A DNA stretch of 64,000 nucleotides, from assembly GCA_043228905.1 (NCBI GenBank), contig JBHGNT010000007.1, positions 372,001 to 436,000 on the forward strand, in the 5' to 3' direction. The stretch comes from Azolla caroliniana. Taxonomy: Eukaryota > Plantae > Polypodiophyta. The position numbers and the translations under genes were made by a program. The notes under the pieces were generated by a model, which did no database searches, was not told where the DNA came from, and saw nothing but the letters and a program-made list of their open reading frames with translations. Positions within the stretch are counted from its first letter, which is position 1. Each line of letters opens with the position of its first letter. Positions 1 to 13,500 of the stretch are shown one piece after another.

Positions 1-1344
1 CAAAGGTTACGTCATAATTGCTTAGTTTGATCTAATCAGCTTCCTCTGATTAAGTTGCATATAACCTAGTTAGGCTGCGTTAATAATGAAAAGTCCACTT
101 AAATAGCTCTTTACTTTTACTCTTGTAGTATCACTTGTTCTAAATTTAAGAAAAGGATCACTAGTTAGGGCAACGAATGGATGGACTACTATTACCTATT
201 GTTTTGTGAGAGATAAAAGGGTTATTAAACATCTCAACTAAAGTTTATTTGAGGAATGGCATTGGCAAAAAAAAAAATATTTACAAAATTGATAATTCTC
301 TTCCCAATACCAATGTTGAGTGAGTGGGAGGACAAAATCCCACTCGAATCTAACATTTGTTTGTCAAAACTATCTCTAAAACATTTTAGTCTTGACACTT
401 GATTGACTTAAGTTTGGACGCACATTCTTCTTCCTTCACAAGAGCCATACCGGCATCATAATATATCTACTTTTATAAATCCTTATATTCTTCTCTTCCT
501 CAGTCTTTCATGCATGAGCATGTCTATTAGGCAGAGCTTTGACAAATAGTGTAGGCAAAAAGTGAGCTTAGTCAAAGGTCGCCAATTTTGTAAGAAGAAT
601 GTGGAGACGTTCATAATTGAATGGTAGTGCATATCTTGCGGAGGTAATGTGTAACGCAAAAAAAGAGCACAAAGAGACTCAAGTCATCTAGCTAGAGATC
701 GTGGTTGTTGAGAAAGAGATTTTTGCATCCATTGAGTGGTACACTTTCCTAGTAAAAAGCATGTTGATAACATGTTCATTAGTGAATTGTGATTAATTCT
801 CTAAAAATATAGATCCACTCTACCTATGGATGTTTGATTCAAATGATCAACTACCAAAGTTTGTAGCTCCAAAGAGAGCTAGTTGCACTTGGACTCATGT
901 AGTATAGGGGTAAATAGTTGTTGATTAGGTGTGCTGAGGTCGATTCAAACCACATGAGAAGTAGGTAAAGAATAGTTGTTTGAATGGGTTGTGATCAAGT
1001 AATGAACACCTCGACCTTATTACGCACAATTGATCACTACTTAAAACACGTGGTGGTAAGTACATGGTAGATATTACTTAATAAATTAAGAAATATATGG
1101 AGGTAGTGCATATACAATTATGCTCTATTATGAAATCTACATTGAGGAGAGGAGATGATTACTATGGCAGAGAGTCGGAAATAACTCTCAACTACTTCCT
1201 CTGGAGAACTAAGCTACTAAGGCAATGCATTAACTGAAGGTTATGTCCACTCAACCTCGAGTTTATATAGGAAAAGGAGGAAAAGGTTACATTGATGGTC
1301 ATGACTCATCAGTATCACCCATGAAGGAAATAACTTTTTCTTAC

Positions 1345-2115
1345 TTATAAAGCGGCCATGAATGTACTTACACTAAATTGGCTTACCATTTCATAGGTAA
1401 TTGGATATGCATTTAAAACATGAGACCAACTCCATATTCCCAATTTATCCCTTCTCTGTGGAACATCTACTTGTGCATTCCTTCCATAATCCCACTCAAT
1501 TTTCTTTTCTTGATGGTATTCCCTGCTTGAATGCTTTGCATTAGTTGTTTTTATTCTCTTCCAACATAGGCCCTTCATGATCACACTCCATTCATATTGA
1601 CTCCTCTGATCTACATGGCAAACTACTTCATACTTGGTTATGTTGAGAGGACAACAAGACACTCAACTACTTCTTGCTAATTCAATAAATAATGTGGATG
1701 CTCGAAAGAAATGGAAATTTGGAAGTAGACCTTAAGTTCCCCAGATCTCTAGCGTAGGCAAGATCACAAGTATTCAATTGTAGTTGTCCCTAGATGAAAC
1801 GTGATGCCATATTCGACCATATCCCCTCCTCAAAATACCTTAAGAGTGTGCATCCTAACTTTCCAATGACTCTTCTCTAGACTAATTATGGTGTTGTGTC
1901 ATGCATGCATATATAAGAAAGAGATTTCAAACCGAAGACCCCCTTCCACTCCCATCCTTCTGCATTTTGACGTAGAGGATAACATTTGCTAGACTCTTCT
2001 TAAATCTTGGGAGGTTGTTGGTGCTTGTTTTAGCCACAATTAGAGCTTTCCACAAACCTCTAGACATTGATTGAAATTGGTAACGTGAACCCCCATCACC
2101 CACTAGTGGGTGCAT
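1345..2115 (-). mobile_element. Possible decayed non-LTR retrotransposon (L1-like) post-RT fragment
   Basis: Broken minus-strand ORFs (1345..1662, 1927..2115) with Trp-rich segments such as KLGIWSWSHVL that resemble plant LINE ORF2 C-terminal regions. No splice structure; resemblance is weak. Confidence 0.3.
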
Positions 2116-2479
2116 CTGCTACAGGGTATGTGTGACTTACATGCATAATATATGTACATATAACATTGCTTAGTGAAGAGTCAAGGGTCAAGGGTCAAGA
2201 GGAATGGGCATGTGAGGATGATGATATTGATGAAATTAGGGAGGGGAGAGAGAGACACCAATAGATATAGATGGATGGATGTATTTTTGCCCCTAACTTT
2301 GGCATTTTCGATGTTATTGGGAATCTAGTTGTATGCCTCAAGTTATAAGGTTAGTCTCATTAAATTAGTTCCAAAGATGGCATCAACTAAGTCATTTCAG
2401 TAATAAGTTAACTAACCTATTCCTTTGACTAGGGGTTGTATAAAGTACTTACAAAGGTCTTGGCAAATAGATTACAAAA

Positions 2480-2960
2480 GTATTTGCCAAAAGTTTATAC
2501 ACCCAACTCTATATTTTCTTTATGGGTGGGAATATATTACATAACGTGTCAAATGTTCAAATGGGCATGGATTATGCAATACAATACATATTCTTTGTAG
2601 GTAGGAATATATTGCATAATGTGTTGAATGTTCGAATGGAAATGGATCATGAAAGACATATTGATTAGGAATAGATTATGGTGTAGTTAGATTTGGAGAA
2701 AGCTTATGATAAATTATTATGACAATGTTTCTAGGTTAATGCATGCAACCATCTAACAATGGTCAAGTGTTTGGGGGGGGGGGGGGGGGGGGGGGGGTTA
2801 CAATATTATGCTTATCTCCACATATGATAACTCGTAGATTTTCGTTATTGCAAGACATGTTCACACTCACAACCATGGATATCTATTGTCCAACATTTCG
2901 TTGATAAGGAGAGTGTAAACATGGGAGTACAACGATTAAGGTGTCGCGATGGCAATTACT
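2480..2960 (+). mobile_element. Degenerate L1-type LINE reverse-transcriptase fragment
   Basis: TTAGATTTGGAGAAAGCTTATGATAAA (~2687-2713) reads LDLEKAYDK, the LINE RT motif. It is preceded by a duplicated F..GRNILHNV.NV.M.MD segment (~2515-2580 and ~2591-2650). Frames are broken. Confidence 0.7.
2773..2797 (+). repeat. G25 homopolymer
   Basis: 25 consecutive G inside the LINE remnant. Confidence 0.95.
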
Positions 2961-3121
2961 CCATGGAAATATTCCACTTAAAGTTCCTTTTCCTTGTAAG
3001 TGTTCATCACTTGGTTGTCTCATGGCATAAAATGCTCTAGGCTAACACCATGTGATTGGTTGCTTTGCATTAAAGGGAGAAAGATAGATTAATAGATAAA
3101 TAGAGACATAGTCTTTTTTTA

Positions 3122-3186
3122 GGTCAGTTGGTAAGGTTGGCCAATGGAAACCACGACTCACGAGGTCATGGGCTCAACCCCTACAT
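3122..3186 (+). mobile_element. tRNA-derived SINE head (same family as 32573-32958)
   Basis: A-box-like GGTCAGTTGG and B-box-like GGCTCAACCCC; shares CAATGGA.ACC...GAGGTCATGGG.TCAACCCCTACAT with the copies at 32.6-32.9 kb. Confidence 0.65.
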
Positions 3187-3244
3187 AAAACTTACAAGTA
3201 GGGTAAGGTAATCACGATAAAAAAGTTAAAAGAGAAAGAATGAA

Positions 3245-3500
3245 AGAAAGATATATTAACGTCTTTTAAGATAGAGAGAGAGAGAGAAAGAAAGATATAT
3301 TAACGTCTTCTAAGACCAGAATTGGCCCATGAGACAAATGGTGTACAACAAAAATGGGGTATTTACGCATTCATCTAAAGTAAAAATAAAAAGATATATC
3401 AACGTCTTTCTAAAAGGCCATATGTTTTTGGGCCATGAGACAATTGGTTTACAACAAAATGAAAATAGGGTGTTTACCCAAAATCATCAAAAATAAAATA
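3245..3500 (+). repeat. GA-microsatellite-associated interspersed repeat, locally tandem
   Basis: AACGTCTTCTAAG.CCA.AATTGGCCCATGAGACAAATGGT.TACAACAAAAA.TGGG.TATTTAC.CATTCATCTAAAGTAAAA occurs about twice here, again at ~35466-35560 and partially at ~45480-45530. Confidence 0.8.
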
Positions 3501-3634
3501 AAATGTGATTTGATAGATAATGTAGTTAGGAGAGATGTTGTTTATGATAATAAAATGTGATTGACAGATAGTTAGGAGGAGCAAATTACGATATTTTGGA
3601 GAGTTCAGAAGAAGAATTCGTCCTTTCTTTCACC

Positions 3635-6600
3635 ATGTTCTCCATCTCTGCATCATCTTCTGCTGCTGTGGGTGGCAGTGGTCATCACCATCACCATCAT
3701 CTACAGAAATTCCATCCCCATCCCCATCCCCATATCCAACAACAGCAGCAGCAGCAGAGACAGCTCCTCAACCTGCAGCAACACCTTCTCATTCATCAAC
3801 CCATTCTGCAACAGCAAGCTGCCCTTTACCATCCTGCCCAAATATCTCTCATCTCTCAGGTTTCTACCTCATTCCATTCCATGACTGGTCCTCTTTATTG
3901 ACATACATAGATAACCCAAAACAATTTGTTTGTTTTTTTTATTTAGTTTTCTATAACATAATGTGGATAGTATTTATGTATATACACATCCATAACTACA
4001 TCCATACCAACATACATGCCTCTATAGATAGCTCCAAATCTCTTTTATTTACTTTGCTATAACATAATGTGGGTAGTATCTATGTGCATGCGTACATAGA
4101 TCCATACACACGTCGATATAACTTTTATGGTGCTATAACATTCATATATGTACATATATATATAGATACATAAATAAATGTTACTCACAAACATTTCTCT
4201 CATTTTGTAGTTGTACATCTTTTTATGCCAATGGCCTCATGGAGTACTCACTCGTACAATGTCTAGTGTGACATGGCTGAGGCACTCGGATATAAATGGA
4301 AGTGGGTTTTAAATGTACAGCCACATATAACCTAGTATTAGCTAGAATCTGTCTAAATTCTATTTATGCTTTGTGTGAACAAAGACACTAGAATATTAAT
4401 TGAATTTAGGGGTCAATGTATAGCCACATTGTGAACCTGGGAAAACTAGGAGTGGTTCAGGGTCAATGTGTGCTATGTGTGGGAAAACTAAGTGGATATC
4501 GATGGAATTTAGGTCAATACATAGCCATGTTCATCTAAGACATCTTGGTATGTATCCTATGTGCTATCATATTGAATGGCATGGAGTAAATATTGGCATA
4601 CTTTTCTCTCAATGCTCATATCTATAATGTCGATCTTTATGTTCTACATGTGAGGCTGGAGAGCTCTCAAATTACCACTCCCTCTGCCACATCTTGAAAC
4701 TAATGCAAACTTCTTATTAATGGCAAGCATATGTATGTAGACTTTTGATATGCCACACAAATAAGTTCAGCGGCAGTGCAGGGCACTTCTGAAAAATGTA
4801 TCAAATTGAAAGGCTCCTTGGTGATAAATTATGATAAATTGAATGATTATGATTTATAATGATAAGGTTGATGTAATGGGGCCATGAATTATGAAGGTTA
4901 TACTTACATAAGAAATACTGAACAAGGGACTTGGTTCAGCCTTTGTGTAGGGATTGCTGATTCTATTAAGGAATATTGAGCCTACCTTGCGATTTTTCAA
5001 TGCCTACCTAGATTCAATGTTAAGAGTCATCTCTATGATGAGACTTTAATCCATATCGTTGGAAATATATTTGTACATTTATGCTTTTGATACCTATGTA
5101 GATTTGAACATAATCTCATTTGAAATCCATATAGCTCTATGAAAGGTATTTCACCATTTTTGTGGTAGATTTTATAATTAAATCCAATTATCTTTCATTT
5201 GCAAGAGCACAAACTTACTTATATTACTTTGATAAGAGTTTGTGCACTTTTTATATGCATTAATAGCACTACGAATTCTGTGTTGCATATTCAGATCAGA
5301 TTGTCTTTTTTCTTTTGTTTCTTTTTGCAGATAGAGTCTGTCCCAAGTGGAAATTTACTACCTGGCTTTGATTCTGCTTCCTCTTGTAGCCTGTGAGTTG
5401 ACAGAAGTCTGACTATTGCCTTACTTTGCCACTTACGAGTCATCTAATGTTGAGCTTCGCTGCACTATAAATATGACTCCTTTAGTTTAGTGCTCCATCA
5501 TTCATTGGTTTACTGTTTTGTAGAAAGCTTGATTGGAATCTTTATATATGTTTATTTGTATGTGTGTGTGTGTGTGAACAATGTAAATTTCACTACTTGC
5601 TGTTCTTGATACTATAATGATGTTTAATGCAGCTATGTGGGCAATATTCATAAGAAAGTAACTGTAACACTTTTGGCAGAGGTCTTCGCTACTATTGGCC
5701 CTCTTTTTGGTTGCAAACTCATCAAAAGGAACAAGGTATGAACATAGTTCTTGAGAACAGTCAATTTATCAATTCTACCCAATCCAATGTTGTGGGTCAT
5801 TAAGTTTACCTGTTAAAAACTATCATAATGAACAATATGATGCATTAAAAGAAAAACCACCCTTATCCCTTACATTAGATGGGTCTGTTGCTAAATCGTT
5901 ATGATGTATTCTTCTTGTAGGGGGGTTTTGAATACCATTTCTTTTTTGGACTTCTTTCCATACCTTGTTAACAATGCTTTTAGTGTTTCCACTTGGATAC
6001 ACAATGTTCTAAACTCTTATCAGCTGTACTGAGCAGATTTCCTGTACTTGCAGTCATCGTATGGATTTGTAGACTATTTGGATAATCGTACAGCAGCAGC
6101 TGCCATTTTGACACTGAATGGAAAACAGATGTAAAAATAATCAAATCATGCCAATCTTTTGCATTTTATCATAGCATTATTTGCATTTATGCTTTTCTTT
6201 GTCCTTTATCGTATGTACAGGTTTAAACAACCTATCAAGGTTAATTGGGCTTATACGAGTAAGGAAAGAGAAGCTACAACAGGTATTAATGATTTCAAAT
6301 TTTACCCATTCCATTGTGGTTGAAAGCAGTCCTGCCCATGCTGTTCGAGGTTGCATGTAAGAACATGAATCCTTTTTTGTGTCTGAAAGTAGTAGTTCTA
6401 GTCACATCATGCTAGTCTTGGTTTCTACTATTACCATAATCCTTGAAGCAACCTTTACTTATTTGTTTATCTTAACATTTTAAGTCTCATATTCATTCAT
6501 GATTTCTTTAACAATGGCAGTATTGGACTTGCAGGTTATTGTTATGATATCTTTGTTGGTAATCTTAGTTCAACGATAACTGATGCTGCACTCTTTGCCA

Positions 6601-7580
6601 ACTTTAGCATCTATCCAAGTTGCTTGTAAGCTCTCTGTCTCTTGCATGCACTCTCTCTCCCCGACGGATTAAGTAGTATGTTTGTCCTTTTCCTTGGCAG
6701 TTGGGAATTGAATGCTGTGCTATGCTGTCTCACGCTCTCTCAAATTAGGATTTACCAGTTGTGATAGAGGCAAATACGTAACAGTTAAATGCCTAATGAC
6801 CTTATGGCTGGGTCTTTTGCTTGTATTTTGCGATAGTCGTGTGATTAAAGGATATCCAAATATGTTGGTTTATGTTATAACACCGATGTTTTCCAGACAG
6901 TCATCCTTGAGTTTATGGCCATAGTAGATGGCATCACAGTGGTTTGTTATGACTGTTCATCTCAACCACCTTGATACTTAGGCTATTACATGTGTTGTTA
7001 TAATTTGATACAGGCCACGTGGAGATTCTGATGGGCCCTTATGTAAAGTTGGTATAAACCATGTTTAACAAGAAGGAAAATGAGTTTTTGGGATTACTGA
7101 ATGACAATGATCTTTAATCAACTCTTTTGATATTTAGACAAGCACATGTTATGTGGGATCCGCGAAGTGGACGTTCAAAGGGGTTCGGTTTTGTTTCTTT
7201 TGGGGATCAGCAGGTAATGGCAACAATATTGAAGGGTTCAGTCATGTTGTAGTAAAATTCAACTTCTGATTTCACACTATCGTTTATTTACATTGTTTCT
7301 TCCCAGGACGCGGAGAGAGCTATTCGTGAGATGACAGGTATGTCTCATCTATATATATTCAATCTGATCTGTATGCATACTAGAGTTTAGTGAATAATAT
7401 GTTTTTGTATCTGTTTAATCAGGAAAGTGTCTTGGCAGTAGAGTAATTCGCTGCAATTGGGCAACGAAGAGTGAAGAAATTATAAGCCAGAATTTAAAAT
7501 CAACTGATGTTTTGACTATCCCTGATCCAAATTCTGACATAAGTGTTTCAAGTGATGCTGAAAAATGTTCTGAATGGTAA
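3635..7580 (+). CDS. UBP1: Oligouridylate-binding protein 1-like (UBP1/TIA-1 family), two RRMs only
   Basis: Phase-consistent GT-AG exons 3635-3859, 5331-5392, 5633-5735, 6054-6130, 6221-6282, 6535-6625, 7138-7213, 7307-7337, 7423-7580. His/Gln-rich N-terminus, then IESVPSGNLLPGFD, LYVGNIH, SSYGFVDY, QPIKVNWAY, IFVGNLS, RSKGFGFVSF, RVIRCNWATK. An alternative end splices at 7576 to 8528-8561. Confidence 0.88.
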
Positions 7581-8967
7581 TACTCTCTTCATTAGAAAAG
7601 CTCAGAAATGGTTTATCTTGTTGTAGCTAATGTTGGTGAATTCATTATGCCCTTGCTGGATAAATTGTGGTGTTAAGACACCCACATGGCCATGATGCAG
7701 TGGGTGATGTTTACATGCTGAACCATGGGAAACTACCCCTTACTCATTGTGGGGACCATCAGATTGGAACCTTGGGGTTTATAAGTGTGCGTCAAGATGA
7801 TTGAATCAATGAGATGTTTGTGTTATGAATGTCTCCGGTGATTTGGACCATGGGCTTGACACCAGACCAAGTGAAAAAAACATACTCAATACGAAAAATG
7901 TTTAGGCATGGTCCTTCAGAAGAAGAATAGTGGGTTGTGAGAGGGAATCTAATTTAGAAGTTTTTGCATATGATGATGAATTGAATGCACCTCGTAGGGC
8001 TTAGAGGTATATAATGTTTTCCTACTTTGTTTCCATGAAAATTGTGAACCTTAATGCAATGTATGTCTTTTCTGTGCTAAAAACGGAATCACCTAGTATT
8101 AAACCTCTGTTTAACAACAGTATTCCTGATGTATCTGGAAACATATTTAGAAATGGATGCAAACTCACTCATGTTGATTGTCTTTATATGCAGAAGGTGA
8201 TAACTCCATATGAATGAAATGAGGATCTATACAAAAAATCAAAGAACTCCTTTGAAAAGCCCACTCAGTTGGAATGAGATGAAATAGGCAGCGTGCTTGG
8301 ACCATGTTCCGCAAATTGGTGGATATCGTACATAGAATTATGCACAAGAAGCATTTACCATTTGTATTTTACCCACATTGGTTGCTATAGTGATATAAGT
8401 TTATCATTTCCACTGAGAAATGGTAATGTAACATAGTTGAGCTGTATTGTAATATAGGCCATTTTGCCCTGCTTCTATTGAAATATTAATTAATGTCTCT
8501 CTCTCTCTCTCATGGCATTATTTACAGGTTACCCTTAAGAATCGGAAAAATCTGCAAATGACAATGCATCAACAACTTACATATCTTGGAGTTGGATCAT
8601 AGACATTGAAAACATTGTTATGTAATCCTATACTCAAATTACAATGAAATCCCCTTTGCAATGTGTATAAAAGTGATCTTTATTGATGTTCATTCATCTA
8701 TATGTAGGATGTTGCCTTTCAGGTTGGATTAAAATGTAAAATTGTCATTCTTTCACCACTTCAAGGCTTTTGTAATGTGAGTATGATATTATGTTGTTCA
8801 TGTAGAAATTGAAAAGGACAGGTAAGTTTGAAAGGCTAATTCCACCAATGCACATTAGAGTGAAAGTTGGGGTTGGGCTGGTTGACTGGCTTCATTGTAC
8901 CTCTTTACGAGGATGCTTACACTAGGCAAATCAAACATGGATATGAGACCACATATAGTGTGATGTC

Positions 8968-8968
<1 letters not shown>

Positions 8969-9034
<66 letters not shown>
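8969..9034. repeat. Compound (CA)n/(CT)n microsatellite
   Basis: Seen directly. Confidence 0.9.
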
Positions 9035-9037
<3 letters not shown>

Positions 9038-10540
9038 TTATTCATTAATAGCAAACGGTAGATAATGTCTCACAGTGCATCCCTTGGTGGTTTGTATATG
9101 TGCTCACCCTTAGGCCTCATGTTAGGGGAAATGAACTCGGATAGATTGGTTACAACATAGTGTAGAATGGCTAACCTCTTGAATGTTAACTACAACGAGA
9201 TCTAGGGAGAGTATATAGGGTTTGGTTCAGCTTATTGCCAATGGCCTTCAAAGGGTTGTTTCCTCTAATGACCACAACAAACATTCTTCAAAGTACAATT
9301 CTTTCCTCCTATAAATAAACAATCATTTCAAAATAGGAGCAAACTCTTATTCTAATTAGTGTAGTCACAAATTTGGTTAGTGTAGAAAAGGGGAAAGTTT
9401 TGCATTGTACGTGAAAGGAGTCTTTTGAAAAAATTACGCATACAATTCAAAAATGATCTTACAACTCTTAAGGATTATTGTATTCCTTCATCAATATCTC
9501 TACTTTCAAGAATTAGAAGGTCACAATCTTGTTGCATTCTCTTATTTGAAATATGGATTTGAGTTTTATGATTAGGCAAACACATTTTTTATTCGATATA
9601 AATTGATTAAACCTTAGTTTCAGTTTATTGGAGTGGGTACTATTGTCTAAATTTGGTGGGTTCATGGATTTATTTATTTCTATTACTCGAATGCAAAAAA
9701 AGAATGAAAACAAATAAGTAAAACAATGACTTTATTGCCCAATGAGAATAGGTCGTTTCAAGTGCAAACCTCACTATTATACTAGACCAAACCAATAGAT
9801 TGTGTATGTCATCATATTGAGAACATATAAATTTGTTTGCATTAGTTGATTACGTATGGATTGCCCTAATTTCCAAGAGCAATGTGCAAAGATCACATAT
9901 AGAAAATGTAGGGTCTTCTTCAACCTAATGCAAATGGGCCATAAGGAATAATTGAAGCCTTATATAATATAGGATACCTAGATTTTAAACATCTTCCTAT
10001 CAATGTAATATGATCGAACCTTATTCTCAATGAGCACTTTTGTGTATGTCTATCGTTGCACGATGAATCTAACCTTCATAAGTATCACACACACTACTTG
10101 AAGGATTTATGATACAATCATCATTCTTGAATAGTTTGACCCTATGACCAATATAGTAACCATGGCTTGACCGGGGATGTAAAATCCGCCAGTCTTTATG
10201 GACAGTTTGATTCCTCGATGCAATGTCTCGAAGACATGATGGCAAGCAAAGGAAAGAGTAAACAGAAATCAACATCCTCGTACGGTAAGAAAGAACCGAG
10301 ACAAATGACCGGACAAGAAAAACGCATACACATTCACATGTCTTCGGGGTCTCCTTGGCTAGAGTGCATGTGGATCCACTAGACCCCCACCCACTACACA
10401 TTGGTACCCAATCCAAGTTCTAAACCATGGGGTGTCCGTGTGAGCCTCCTGGTAAGCCTTCCTTATTCATTCTTTATAAGTGAACTCCTATGGTTACAAC
10501 TTACAACCATACAAATATTTTTTCTTTTGTTTTCGATTAG

Positions 10541-13500
10541 ATGATGGCTGAAGTAACGAGTTCATGGTTTTCTTCAGTGATTCCGTCCATCTCACTTGGT
10601 ATGCTTTCCTCTCCTTTCCTTGCTTTGATTCTGTTTTCTTGGGGTCTCATGGTCACACAATCAATCAGTCAGTCAATTTCCAATATGTTCTACATCATTT
10701 CAGAATCAGCTTTTTGATTCTCCAAAGGAAACAAGTAATGAAACTACGTCGGTTCTGCTTTTGGGCCCATAAAGATCCACATAAGCTTCTTTAATGTGTA
10801 AATAAGTTTGTTTGGATTCTCAATAGCCTACTGCGACTAAAGTTTGCTTCTTAACCCTAACATAGTATAATGAAAAAAAAAACAAATCTTCCTCAATCCA
10901 GTAACAGGGTATTGGAAAAATCTTGTTAGTGAGGGTATTGAAACATATTCTTAACTGTTCCATGACATGTTTGAGGGTGTTTCTATATATGCTATATTAC
11001 TATTTAAAAAGTCTATATTTAATTGGTGGTAATGTATATCTACAAACAATTGTTTTTCAGGTGGATTTCAAGGATATGACCATAGAAACTGCCTCAATTT
11101 TGCTACAATTTCCACTATTAAGGTACCATTAATGATTCAATAATGATGACTTCTGGATTCCCATCCCACAAATTCTCATTTTTCAGTGTTTTATATCTAC
11201 TCTTCTCTGGAAGACATGGAATCTGGAAAAGAACTAAGAAGTGGAATATGATATTTATCTTTTTTATCGTGAGGATTTCTCATTTTATGTAAATAAGAAT
11301 CTGTTCTTACAAAGTTTGTAAATGAAAGAACACACTTTATCATGGAGGGGATTGGATGTCACATGAATGTTTATGTTCTATGGCTTGATTGGCTATGTGA
11401 AAGCACTACCCTGAGAAAACCATTATTGGAATTAAACAGCATACCATATTTGACCTAAACCATTGACATGATATGAATTGTAGGCAAAAAAAATTAGTTG
11501 GGGTCCCTATTTAGAGTGAGTTAATATTGCTTTCTTATAATGCAAAACTCCAGCAAAATGTGGACAGAGTTTTGAGAGGAAAGGCCATGCTTACTGCAAA
11601 GCATCTAGCTTGTTTATTATTACGACGGAATTGTTTAGCAACATTATTCGAACACATAATCCAGCTATCTTAGCTCTGTAAATCTTATAATAGTTTGTAC
11701 CATTATGGATGTTGTTGGAAGACATACATTATTATGTATAGCTTTATAATTCCATGTGTTTGGCATATCCATCTTCTTTTAAGGTGACATGTATATGTCA
11801 AGAAGGTTAAAAACCATAAATGTTTTCTTTTGTTTCCCAGACAAGTGGTCAAGCTGCCTTGAAACTTAAGGATTTCAATGGTTCAAGAAGGAAGCATCGT
11901 AACTTCAAAGAACCTTTGAAAATAAGGAAATGTTCTTCAAGTATTGTGGTAAGGGGATTGCCAGATGGAGAAGAGGATAAATGGCTCAGAGAAGAGAAGA
12001 GATGGCTCCGCGAGGAAGAAAGATGGCTCAGAGAGGAATCTCGATGGAATACTGAACGCAAGGCATTGGTAGAACAATGTGAGATTCTCAAACAAGAGAT
12101 TGTTGCCTTAAATGCGAAAATAGTTCAGCTGCAAAATCAAATAAAAAATGAGGAAGAAAATGATGGATCTATTTCGGATCTTATTGTCAGCTTGACACAG
12201 CTTTTGCAGTCTTTGAATACAGTAAGTTCTGTAGAATCTGGAGTTCCCTCAACCATTGCTCAAATCCCACCCATTTCATCGTCAGCTACAGATATCAGTA
12301 TTCTTATAGATGATGTAAAATTAGAATACCCTAAAACACCAGTGGACATCAAACTAGAAGAGCCAAAAACACCATTGGTTGAATCTCCCACATCGAGCCC
12401 AAAAAGGATAGAAACCTCTGTCTCTGTGAACAGTAGAATTTCTGAGATTCAAAATCCAAGTCCTGCTAGCTTAACAAGATCCAAGAGAATCTTGAAAAGA
12501 GGTTCAGAAGGAGATGATGTCAAGGCTATGCAAGTAAGTTATTGTATTTACTTGTTTTGAACTACTATTAGACTAATTTTAATTTAAGACATGAACGAAT
12601 ATTTGTTTAAACCTCCACAGGAAGCTCTTGAAAAGCTTGGATTTTATTCTGGAGAAGAGGATATGGAGTACTCAGTATACTCAACTGGTACTGAGAGAGC
12701 CGTCCAAACGTGGCAAGTAAGCTTGTAAGCTGACATGAGATGATCGATTCCAATAAAGTGAGGAGTTGTTTAAACTCATTTTCTTCTTAACAACTTGGCA
12801 TTGGTAAGAGGGACGAAGTTATTTTTTCTAATAATATGAACAGGCAACTCTGGGGATATCAGAAGATGGAATTATGACATCAGACCTTTTGGGCAAACTT
12901 CTTGGAGAAGATGGTGATGCTTCAAAGAAAGCTGCATCACCTTCTAAAGTACAATTCAGATCTCTGAACAATATATTTTTTGAGCAAGTGTTGTAGGACC
13001 ATGCAAAAAAATAAATTGATTTGATCGAATGTGAATCATATATTCTTCAACTTTAACCACACATCAAATTCAAATTGCAGGATGATACAGTCAAATCCAC
13101 TGTAGAGACACAGTCTATTAAAGTATCTTTTACAGCCCCAAAGAACCAAGATTCTGTTGTTCCACCTATTCCAGCACAGAATCTCTCAGTTTCTGCACCG
13201 AAAATGCCATCCCCAAGTCCGGCAAAGGTAAACACATTTCATGAATCCGATAGGCGTGTGTACCTCCTCGGAGAAAATAGATGGGAAGAGCCCTCTCGTT
13301 TAAATGGCAAGAATGGTACTGTTGCTACTATCAGCAAATTGGTGCTGGGGGAGAACTGCTATTCTTGCAAGGGTGTAGGCAGTATGCTATGCACAGGTAA
13401 AATTACTCTCATATTCATTTTCCCCATCCCCACAAAATCCTTCTATTTTGACCACTTAGATCAGAATCTACTAGTTTTCATCTTTACTTTGCATAAAATC

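Noticed and set aside
7690-7730. C/D-box snoRNA (ATGATG...CTGA with CCAT/ATGG stem) downstream of UBP1 exon 9
   Set aside because: Only ~40 nt between the boxes, imperfect C box, no recognisable rRNA antisense element.
11841-12948. Peptidoglycan-binding-like domain as recent bacterial horizontal transfer
   Set aside because: It is the normal architecture of plant pTAC5, in an intron-containing gene.
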